IMG/VR virus record: IMGVR_UViG_3300016725_000002
Location: 64,001 to 128,000 of that record
Strand: one strand, 5' to 3'
Length of the DNA: 64,000 nt
Source of the DNA: a virus
Taxonomy: Duplodnaviria; Caudoviricetes
Part shown: piece by piece, positions 29,287-37,650 of the stretch
How the letters are laid out: each line of letters begins with the position of its first letter
How positions within the stretch are numbered: position 1 is the stretch's first letter
Notes under the pieces: generated by a model
What the model was told of the DNA's origin: nothing
What the model saw: the letters and a program-made list of their open reading frames with translations, nothing else
Databases searched by the model: none
Program-made: the position numbers and the translations under genes

Positions 29287-30275
29287 TATGAACTCCTCTT
29301 TGTTATATAAAATCCGTTATTAAGGCTTATAAAGCCGGCTGTATTGCCGGAGAAATAATTTTCTGTTTGATTTTCTTCTGTAAATAATTCTATTATTCCA
29401 TTTGTTGCTATATAATAATATCTACCAGTTAGACTTTCACCTGAGGAAGTAACTTTTGGAATTCTGCCTGAAATAAGTTTATTCTCTATCACTGCACCTG
29501 TCTGTGACGATGCACAACCTCTTGTAAATTTAGAAACCACAGTTAAAATTATATTAACGTCTTGTTCTATTGAGAGCAAGCTATTTCGTGCTGCAGTGAA
29601 TATTGCTACAACGGTCGGGCATTTGATATAAACATTAATAGGATTTTGTCCTTTAAAATAAAATTGACCTTTATTATCTATTGAAGTTGCATACATGTTT
29701 GCAGAGTTTAAATTCTCTAAAATAAAATCACAATTATAGATTTCGGTTTTAGAATAATTATTGCATGATATACATGAATTATTATTTGAAGAATCTTTGT
29801 ATTGTGAATTTAATGTTAAGTCTTTGAGAATATAAAACATTCTGCTATTTGATGCAATTTTTCCGACTTTTACATTTTGTTTATTTCCGGATAAACTACG
29901 GATAGTTATACATCCAGAAGAACTAATATAAATAGGAAGAGAAATCTGTTTATTTAATTCGTATTCTCCATCTGCTAAAAGAATTGTTGCCCCGAAGTTT
30001 AAAAGATTAAATCTAGAAGCAGTAAAATTCAATGCATATTGTAAGGTCTTAAAAGGTTTCGTAACTAATAATCCTCTATCTGCTTGAGTTTCATCGTCTA
30101 TACCAGAAGAAGAATTTACATAAATTTTCAGCTCTTCTGTTATATATGTGTATAAATTCAAGTTTTGAGAAACTCTTTTTGATATATTACTAATACTATT
30201 TAATTCATCTAAAAAATCATAACACTGTTTTATAAATTTAAGTATTTGAAGAGTTGATTTTGGTATTGAAAACAT
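29286..30275 (-). CDS. Tailspike-like (beta-helix) protein
   Basis: IYVNSSSGIDD...RGL...PFKTLQYA...LLADGEY; shares QxLKF..FLxELxS N-terminus with 28273 ORF. Confidence 0.7.
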   Translation of the reverse strand: MFSIPKSTLQILKFIKQCYDFLDELNSISNISKRVSQNLNLYTYITEELKIYVNSSSGIDDETQADRGLLVTKPFKTLQYALNFTASRFNLLNFGATILLADGEYELNKQISLPIYISSSGCITIRSLSGNKQNVKVGKIASNSRMFYILKDLTLNSQYKDSSNNNSCISCNNYSKTEIYNCDFILENLNSANMYATSIDNKGQFYFKGQNPINVYIKCPTVVAIFTAARNSLLSIEQDVNIILTVVSKFTRGCASSQTGAVIENKLISGRIPKVTSSGESLTGRYYYIATNGIIELFTEENQTENYFSGNTAGFISLNNGFYITKRSS

Positions 30276-30343
30276 AAATCCTACTCCTTAATATAAATTT
30301 GAATCCATTCATATAGAATGTTAAATATTTTTTGTTAAAAAAT

Positions 30344-30380
30344 AGTGAATAATAATATATTAAAAAAATTATTATTCACT
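30344..30380 (-). terminator. AT-rich hairpin with T tract
   Basis: AGTGAATAATAAT / ATTATTATTCACT 13-bp stem followed by ATTTTTT on minus strand. Confidence 0.6.
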
Positions 30381-30385
30381 TTTAA

Positions 30386-30751
30386 TTAAATTTGAATTAA
30401 ATTTACAGTTCCGTTACCGCCATCACCACCAAAAATACTACTAGAAAGTTTTCCACCTATTCCACCCGTTGCTGTCATAGAAAGCATTCCATTTACAGTT
30501 AAATCACCTAATATATTTAAATATAACCCCTTACAACGTAAAGTCGGTGTAACCATATGTCCTGTATTAACGGTAAAATTGTTATATGTTTTAACTACTG
30601 GGTTACCATCAAGAGTTGAGGTAAACTGGTCATGTGCTATATCACCCGTTGATGAAAAATCACCTAAATTTGAAGTAAAACTAAAAATAGACTCATAGGT
30701 TGAAAGATAATCAGGAGAGAAACTTGTATTATAATTAAGTAGTTCTAGCAT
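30386..30751 (-). CDS. Internally deleted paralogue of 25459..26508, MLELLNYN tag (possibly pseudogene)
   Basis: Near-identical FSFTSNLGDF...LSMTA block fused in frame to the last ~27 aa; 228 aa shorter. Confidence 0.75.
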   Translation of the reverse strand: MLELLNYNTSFSPDYLSTYESIFSFTSNLGDFSSTGDIAHDQFTSTLDGNPVVKTYNNFTVNTGHMVTPTLRCKGLYLNILGDLTVNGMLSMTATGGIGGKLSSSIFGGDGGNGTVNLIQI

Positions 30752-31248
30752 TTGTCCTCCAGTTCAAGTATAAATTGTTCTATCCAAGTTGTATGCTGTT
30801 TATCAAATTTATAAGTTTTCTTTGCAATTGTATTATAAAATTGTCTAAGTTTTAATACATTATGTGTAGTAATATATTCCATTGCTTTCCAGTCACTAAT
30901 CATATGTGCAATTTGGGCTTTGGTCATTTTATTAACATCTGAAAAGTATTCAGGATGATGGTCATTGTGTTGATAATGATATTTCCAAGCATCATCAGCT
31001 AATTTTTCAATTTCAGTAGAAGGGTAAGGAATATGTAAATTATAGTGAGCATTTATCCAAATATATCCAGAATATTCGGGTTCAATAAATTTAGAAGCAT
31101 CATGTTCTTTTACATCATTTAACAGATTATTTGCAATACTAGGATAGAGTTTTGCAATCATTTTTGCAAAATGCTGAACTAGTTGTATATGACGCTTAGT
31201 TCTTACTATAAAATCTTGTTCGTATGTATCAATTTCAGTATACTTCAT
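30745..31248 (-). CDS. HD-like protein (DUF5662-like) with MKY leader
   Basis: RHIQLV..HDASKF..E..HYQHNDHHPEYF..MISDW. Confidence 0.75.
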   Translation of the reverse strand: MKYTEIDTYEQDFIVRTKRHIQLVQHFAKMIAKLYPSIANNLLNDVKEHDASKFIEPEYSGYIWINAHYNLHIPYPSTEIEKLADDAWKYHYQHNDHHPEYFSDVNKMTKAQIAHMISDWKAMEYITTHNVLKLRQFYNTIAKKTYKFDKQHTTWIEQFILELEDKC

Positions 31249-31260
31249 AATGCTCCTCTT

Positions 31261-31584
31261 TTATAAACTGACTAATGACTGAAACCGTTTAGGAAGAAAT
31301 TTACTAAGTTTAGGTGAAATACTTATCTTATTGCATGTAAAACTATCTGGTGTAACAATAAATATATCTTCAGTTTTATACTTATCTCTAACCCATTTTG
31401 GATCTGAATTATTCACATCAATTATCTTATTTAAGGTCAATGTATTAATAATCCAATTCCTTAAATTAGACTTAACCCATTTTCTAACATTAAGATTAGT
31501 TGCTCGTTCTTCTAATTTATTTAAATATTCTATTGCACTATTTGAAAAATATACATTTCTAGCTAATATTTCAACATACTTCAT
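31261..31584 (-). pseudogene. Truncated paralogue of the PcfJ-protein N-terminus (MKYVEILARN)
   Basis: First 29 bp identical to start of 32012..33430; NVRKWVKSNLRNWIIN matches NVKTWINSNLRKYLIN of 17217 ORF; lacks the PcfJ domain. Confidence 0.6.
31264..31270 (-). promoter_or_regulatory. CAGTTTA motif (candidate late promoter element)
   Basis: Context ATTAGTCAGTTTA, about 16 nt before ATG 31248; overlaps the last codons of the truncated ORF. Confidence 0.4.
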
Positions 31585-32012
31585 AATTGAATACACTCAA
31601 TATTATTTTCAATTAGAAAATCTATCCCAGAAACATCTCTATCATATCGTTCAACATATTTTACACTTGATATTCCTGCTGCAAAGATTATCTTAGCACA
31701 ATGAATACAAGGTGAATGTGAAACATATAATGTACAATTATTAGTTGCTATTCCATGTTTAGCACAAAAACTAATTACATTTTGTTCTGCATGTAATTCA
31801 TATCTTACTGAAAAATTATGATGAAGCTGTGAAAAATTTTCATCAGCATATTCAAAAATATCACAACAATGTGTGTTACCAGAAGTAACTCCATTTTTAC
31901 CAGTTGCTATAATTCTATCGTCTTTAACAAGTAATGCAGCAACCTGAACTCTTTTACATGTAGAAGATTTTTGAATTATATTTAAGTGCTCCATAAATAT
32001 TTCTTCTTTCAT
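31581..32012 (-). CDS. dCMP deaminase
   Basis: STC.R.QV.A, HAEQN, SPCIHCAK. Confidence 0.93.
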   Translation of the reverse strand: MKEEIFMEHLNIIQKSSTCKRVQVAALLVKDDRIIATGKNGVTSGNTHCCDIFEYADENFSQLHHNFSVRYELHAEQNVISFCAKHGIATNNCTLYVSHSPCIHCAKIIFAAGISSVKYVERYDRDVSGIDFLIENNIECIQL

Positions 32013-33430
32013 CAGTTTTCCTCCAATTTATTTACTGATATTTCAGATAAATTTGTTATATGACAATTACGTTTTAATATTAAACGTCTAATTTTAGACT
32101 TTTTTGGTAAGGTAATATTACCTGAGATATTTAAACTTAAAATATCTAAATCTAATGGTTTTTCAAACCATATTTTATTTTGTCCTATAATAAATAATTC
32201 TTTACATATAAAATCATAAGCAGATTTAAATGTACAATTATTAATAAGTATTACATTTCCAGTTACATTAGATATTTTATCAATATGACAGTTATTAAAT
32301 GCTGCAACTTTTGTACATTTCATCTCTGCAAGAAATTTACTATCATGAATAGTAATACTTTCTCTTACTTCAAAATTACCTGTAATTTTACAAGATTCAA
32401 ATTTACCTAAGTAAATAAGACTATCTTGAAAATCAATACTAGAGTTATCGCAATTCATTCTAGGTATTTTTGAATTTATTGTAGTTATATTACAATTATT
32501 GCAAGATAGATCATTAATATATGTTTTATTTGGAATGATAATATTTTTATTATTATCAAATTTAACAGAAACAACTCGTAATCCTTGAACAGATTTATCT
32601 GCTTCAATTATTCGTTTAAAATCTTTATCAGATATATGTCCTTCATATTCTGCATGACTTGGTAGTTTATCTAAACTATATAATTTATCATCAATTGTAA
32701 TTGCTCCTAATCTTGATACATCTAATGAATTAATTTCCATAAATGGTATTCTTTGTGAATTGATTAAATCTAAAATATACGACATATAATTAACTGGAAT
32801 TGTATTGTTTTTTCCTTTTACTTGACGTATTGCATCATCTGTAACTTCAACTGTAACATGGGGTTTATTTTGGGAGTCGCGTAAACTATAAATATAAGTC
32901 ATACCTTCCCTAACTTGTTCCCAATAATCACCAACACAATGGTTCATTATAGAACCTTCATATTCCAAACCCAATTTACTATTAATTCTAACCCATTTGT
33001 AGTTATTTGAATACTGAAATATCAACGCATAATCATTTGACCCAGCTTCATCAGATTTTTTAAACGACAAATCCCATTCCTCAATCTTTTTCTTTAATTG
33101 AGGAATGGAAAGACGGGTCAAATCCCTAGTTGAAGGTAAGGTGTTAATATAATCCATCCAATGTTCAAATTCATCTATAGATAAAGAAAAATTAGGTAAT
33201 ACAATTTCCTTCCCTTCATTTAGTGCTTTTATTACCCAATTCGGATATGAAATACTTTTATTTTTTAATTTAAATACTCCATCATAATCTTTTATGATAT
33301 ATCGTCTAAAAACAGTATCAAACCATTTTCTTCCATTATCCTGCCTAAGTTTTTTCCGAAAATCTTTCATTTGATTTTCAGCACTTAAATCAAAATACAT
33401 GTTTCTAGCTAATATTTCAACATACTTCAT
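32012..33430 (-). CDS. PcfJ-like domain protein with MKY leader
   Basis: EGSIMNHCVGDY...IYSLRD..NKPHVTVE...QVKGKNN; C-terminal low-complexity beta-repeat region. Confidence 0.8.
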   Translation of the reverse strand: MKYVEILARNMYFDLSAENQMKDFRKKLRQDNGRKWFDTVFRRYIIKDYDGVFKLKNKSISYPNWVIKALNEGKEIVLPNFSLSIDEFEHWMDYINTLPSTRDLTRLSIPQLKKKIEEWDLSFKKSDEAGSNDYALIFQYSNNYKWVRINSKLGLEYEGSIMNHCVGDYWEQVREGMTYIYSLRDSQNKPHVTVEVTDDAIRQVKGKNNTIPVNYMSYILDLINSQRIPFMEINSLDVSRLGAITIDDKLYSLDKLPSHAEYEGHISDKDFKRIIEADKSVQGLRVVSVKFDNNKNIIIPNKTYINDLSCNNCNITTINSKIPRMNCDNSSIDFQDSLIYLGKFESCKITGNFEVRESITIHDSKFLAEMKCTKVAAFNNCHIDKISNVTGNVILINNCTFKSAYDFICKELFIIGQNKIWFEKPLDLDILSLNISGNITLPKKSKIRRLILKRNCHITNLSEISVNKLEEN

Positions 33431-33467
33431 TGTCCCTCCAGTTAGTAATTTAGCTCCTTACTAACTT

Positions 33468-34769
33468 TTAAATTTTACTTAGTCTACCAGAACCACGAAC
33501 TGCTGTTGTATCTGGTGTGAAATTGAAACCTAAATTAAAAATACCGGTTGCTGTGGCTAATTGTAAATATCCACCACCTACCTGACAATAACATGTTTTT
33601 GAAGCAACATTACCAAAATAAATAGCTGAATAGGAACCAGCAGTTGCCGTTGTTGATCCACTTTTCATCAAAAAAATATCTTTAAAATTAAAATTAGTTG
33701 ATTCGTCAGTTAATAACATTATTGGATAATATTGTATTGTATTACTATTAACAGGTAATATAATATCCGTATTGACTAATGATTTATTACCTTTATTATC
33801 AAATATCTGTATTTTATTATTCACATCAATCTGTAAACCTTGAATTACTTCCCAAGTATTACCCCATAGTCCAATTATACCACGGTAATTTGCAGTAATA
33901 ACCGCTGCGTCATTAGTTGTTTTTAAAACGCCTGAATTTGTAGTTGTTCCACTATTGTTACCACTACCAATAGTATTTACAGCATCCGTAGTTTTGTACT
34001 CAATTAAAAATAAAAGTTGTATAGCTGAGATTTGATAAATATTTAATAAATCAAAGTTACTTCTATTTGTTGCTGAAGTTAATATTTCATTATATAGTTT
34101 ATTAGTTGTTGGTAAGACTCCAGGTATACTACATAATTTGTTATTAGAATCAATATATCCTTCATATTTACCGATATAAAAATAATCCATTTCTACACCA
34201 GATTTCATGAAAGCAGGATGAACTCTAAATCCGGCTAGTTTAGTTGGCGATATTGTAATAAGTGAATGGTCATTATTTTTAATATAGAATTTAGGAATAC
34301 GAATCATATATTGACCATCAATAATTACTTCTTTTATATTACTATATATTGGATGATTATTAAAGTAATTTGGATCCGGTTTAAATATTCTACCTTCATA
34401 ATCTACATTATACCAAGTACCACTTGTATTTCCATCAGCATATTTATTTACACCAATAATATATTTAGTCATTGAGGTTAACTTAGATTTAGTTAACTTT
34501 TGTAACATAACACCTATCATAACTTTATAATTACAATCTTTATCTACTGTATCATTTAATTGGATAGTATTATTAGATATAGTAAAATCAAGCTGAATAA
34601 CGCCATCTAATATTACTAATACAGTTTCTTCATCTAATTTATTTATATTCTGAGCTAAGATAATAGAATTAGAACCTGCTAGTAATGTACCTGTAAACTC
34701 TCTATATGACGAATTTGTTACAAATGGTTTCTGTTTCAGAAGTTGAGTGTTTGCTCTAGTTATTCCCAT
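33468..34769 (-). CDS. Adaptor domain + Mtd-like/C-type-lectin-fold tail protein
   Basis: MIRIPKFY..HPAF..YIGKYEG..YRGIIGLWGNTWE..GRLSKI. Confidence 0.72.
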   Translation of the reverse strand: MGITRANTQLLKQKPFVTNSSYREFTGTLLAGSNSIILAQNINKLDEETVLVILDGVIQLDFTISNNTIQLNDTVDKDCNYKVMIGVMLQKLTKSKLTSMTKYIIGVNKYADGNTSGTWYNVDYEGRIFKPDPNYFNNHPIYSNIKEVIIDGQYMIRIPKFYIKNNDHSLITISPTKLAGFRVHPAFMKSGVEMDYFYIGKYEGYIDSNNKLCSIPGVLPTTNKLYNEILTSATNRSNFDLLNIYQISAIQLLFLIEYKTTDAVNTIGSGNNSGTTTNSGVLKTTNDAAVITANYRGIIGLWGNTWEVIQGLQIDVNNKIQIFDNKGNKSLVNTDIILPVNSNTIQYYPIMLLTDESTNFNFKDIFLMKSGSTTATAGSYSAIYFGNVASKTCYCQVGGGYLQLATATGIFNLGFNFTPDTTAVRGSGRLSKI

Positions 34770-34779
34770 AATATTCTCC

Positions 34780-36090
34780 TTAAATTTTAGTTAATCTACC
34801 AGCAATAGTTGGTGCAGCTGCATTTGAAAGTTTTGAATAACATGATAAATCAAATAATCCAATGTTTGCTGTTATTTGAGAATATCCTCCACCAAAACAA
34901 AGAACACATTCAAATCCCAAACAACTATTTACAAAACAACTTGAGTAAGAACCAGATGTTCTGGTTGTTGAAACTGTTTTTGGTATAAATAAATCTTTAA
35001 AATCAAAATTTATTCCAGTAAGTACGGACATATCTACAATATAAGGAAATGACGAAATTGTTGCCGGATTTACGGTAATAAAACCAGTAGGTAAATAATT
35101 TTTATAACCTTGATTATCAAAAATTATTAATTGACCCGTTGAATCTGTTTTTGCACCATTTATTAATTCCCAAGCATTACCCCATAATCCAATTATACCA
35201 CGATAGTTGGCTGTAATAACAGATGCGTCGTTCGTTGTTTTTAAAGATCCAGCCGCTGCTATTTCGCCACAATTATTACCACTTCCAATTAACGAAACAA
35301 CATCTGTTGATTTTAGTTCTATTAAAATTAATGTTTGTACTGCAGATATTTGATATATATTCATAACATCAAATCCGGTGAAACCATTAACATTTCTATT
35401 TGATGCATAAGTTAGTAATGAAGTAATTGTGTTATTCACGGCTGGCATAACAGAAGGTAAACTACATAATTTTGCATCTGTTAAACTACCTTCATATTTA
35501 CCAATGTAGAAACAATCTTGTTCTACACCAGCTTTCATAAAAGCAGGGTGACAATGAAAACCATCAAGTTTTATAGGAGAAATATAAATAGCAACGTGAT
35601 TATCATTCTTAACATAAAATTTAGGAATCTTAATCATATATTGACCATCTATTTGTACTTCAGTAATATTGCCATATATTGGATGATTAGCAAAATAAGC
35701 AGAATCTCTAGCTACAATTGCCCCATCATAATTAAGATGATGCCAAGTACCGGCCCCTCCACCCATAGCAAAACGGTAAATACCTATTACATTACTTAAT
35801 GAATCATAAGTATAATCTACATTCTTTAACATAACACCAATCATAATTTTATATTCAATATTTTCAGTAAAAGTAGAAGGAAATACAATTTTGTTATTTG
35901 TAATCGTATAATCTAGTTGTACAACACCATTCAAAATAATTAAGATTGATTCTTGGTCAATACGGTATTCAGAAGATAATGTAATAGAGTTTGATTCCGC
36001 AGTTAAAGTTCCAGAATACTCTCGATAAGTAGAGTCTGTTACAAAGGGTTTGTCTTGTAACATTATTGCATTTGCTCTGGTCAATTTCAT
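34780..36090 (-). CDS. Adaptor domain + Mtd-like/C-type-lectin-fold tail protein
   Basis: Paralogue of 33468 ORF; ends GRLTKI. Confidence 0.72.
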   Translation of the reverse strand: MKLTRANAIMLQDKPFVTDSTYREYSGTLTAESNSITLSSEYRIDQESILIILNGVVQLDYTITNNKIVFPSTFTENIEYKIMIGVMLKNVDYTYDSLSNVIGIYRFAMGGGAGTWHHLNYDGAIVARDSAYFANHPIYGNITEVQIDGQYMIKIPKFYVKNDNHVAIYISPIKLDGFHCHPAFMKAGVEQDCFYIGKYEGSLTDAKLCSLPSVMPAVNNTITSLLTYASNRNVNGFTGFDVMNIYQISAVQTLILIELKSTDVVSLIGSGNNCGEIAAAGSLKTTNDASVITANYRGIIGLWGNAWELINGAKTDSTGQLIIFDNQGYKNYLPTGFITVNPATISSFPYIVDMSVLTGINFDFKDLFIPKTVSTTRTSGSYSSCFVNSCLGFECVLCFGGGYSQITANIGLFDLSCYSKLSNAAAPTIAGRLTKI

Positions 36091-36098
36091 GTGGTTTC

Positions 36099-36320
36099 CT
36101 ACCTCTCAACATGATAATAAATAAAATAATCATTACATTCATTTCGTAATGATACAATTCTTTCACCTTTGATATAATCAACTCTATCTAATCTATAATA
36201 ATCAGGACAATAACCTACACCTTTTATTATTAATTTATCATTAATAATGAGTGACCAAGTATGAAAATTATCTCTACAAAAATATAGTTCTACAAAGTAT
36301 TCTTTAGGTAAAATAATCAT
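36099..36320 (-). CDS. Small hypothetical protein
   Basis: 73 aa, TAATG coupling; fills the gap between two paralogues. Confidence 0.5.
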   Translation of the reverse strand: MIILPKEYFVELYFCRDNFHTWSLIINDKLIIKGVGYCPDYYRLDRVDYIKGERIVSLRNECNDYFIYYHVER

Positions 36321-37633
36321 TAAATTTTACTTAATCTTGCACCCAGTGCAGCCCCACTACTTGCTGCTACGAAAGTGAAGCCAATAGAAAATAATCCAGA
36401 CTGATAACTATTTGACCCACCAGTACAAACATATACATCAACACCATTGGTACAACCAAGGAAATATGCACAGTATGAAGACGGACTTGTCGTAGCTGAA
36501 TATTCTATAGGTATAAATACATCTTTTAAATCAAAGTTTGTTCCAGTAAGAGTTGAACATTTATTAATATATCCACAGTTAACACCTAATGAAGCAGTAG
36601 CATATGCGGGAATAGCTAATCCAGTATTTTTCCAAGTGCTTGTACCTGTATTATCCATTATTTGGAGAATGTTATTTGATACCATTATACCACTAAGAAA
36701 TTCCCAAACATTACCCCATAAACCTATAATACCACGATAACTAGCCGTGATATTATTTGTACCCGTAGTTATTTCTATTCCAGCTGAACCATCAGAATTA
36801 CCTTTACCTATTAAATTTTTTGCATCTGGAGATTTTGTTTCAATTAATGCTAACATTTGAATGGCACTAATCATATAAACACTAGGTAAATTAAATCCAG
36901 TTACACCATTAACATTTCTTGCACCTATGTATGTAAGAAATGTAGCTAAAGTTGTATTAGTACATACTGTAGCTCCTGGCTGACTACAAAGTTTACCAGA
37001 AGTTAAACTACCTTCATATTTACCAATATAAAAACAATCTTGTTCAATATTATTTTTAATAAAAGCAGGGTGACAGTGAAAGCCAGTTAATTTTTTTGGA
37101 GAAATCCAAATTTGTTCATGGTTATTATTTTTAACATAAAATTTAGGAATCTTAATCATGTATTGACCATCAACTATTTCTTGTACAATATTTTTAAATA
37201 TTGGATGATTATTAAAATAATCTGAAGAATATCTAACTAAAATATTATCATATGTAATGTTATGCCAAACACCTGCAGTTCCAGTACGGGAAGTTAACTG
37301 CACACCAACTACATTATTTTTATCTTCTGCTGATATTTCAGCAGATTCAACAACTCGACTAAGAGAACTAGGAATTATTACTTTATATACTGTATCTGTT
37401 GGTAAGGAATCTCCAAAGTTAATAACATTATTATTTAGTGTAAAACCAAATTGTACAACACCATCTAGTATGACAGTAATTTTATCTGTATTACTTACAG
37501 CCACATTACTAGGGATAGTTATAGTTGAATCACCTTGCTTTAATAATCCAGTAAGCTCAACTGAATTTTCAGTAACAGCGAGCATTGGTTCTGGATATAT
37601 TAATGTCAAATCCAGTTTTGTTAAGTTAGCCAT
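36320..37633 (-). CDS. Adaptor domain + Mtd-like/C-type-lectin-fold tail protein
   Basis: Third paralogue; ends GARLSKI. Confidence 0.72.
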   Translation of the reverse strand: MANLTKLDLTLIYPEPMLAVTENSVELTGLLKQGDSTITIPSNVAVSNTDKITVILDGVVQFGFTLNNNVINFGDSLPTDTVYKVIIPSSLSRVVESAEISAEDKNNVVGVQLTSRTGTAGVWHNITYDNILVRYSSDYFNNHPIFKNIVQEIVDGQYMIKIPKFYVKNNNHEQIWISPKKLTGFHCHPAFIKNNIEQDCFYIGKYEGSLTSGKLCSQPGATVCTNTTLATFLTYIGARNVNGVTGFNLPSVYMISAIQMLALIETKSPDAKNLIGKGNSDGSAGIEITTGTNNITASYRGIIGLWGNVWEFLSGIMVSNNILQIMDNTGTSTWKNTGLAIPAYATASLGVNCGYINKCSTLTGTNFDLKDVFIPIEYSATTSPSSYCAYFLGCTNGVDVYVCTGGSNSYQSGLFSIGFTFVAASSGAALGARLSKI

Positions 37634-37650
37634 GTTTCCACCTGTTTTTG

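Noticed and set aside
25459-30760. Invertase-driven shufflon at the MLELLNYN repeats
   Set aside because: All copies are direct, each cassette has its own RBS and start, and no site-specific recombinase is adjacent.
26539-37633. Complete diversity-generating retroelement
   Set aside because: No reverse transcriptase, Avd or non-coding template repeat seen; paralogue differences in the segment compared are mostly synonymous rather than adenine-specific.
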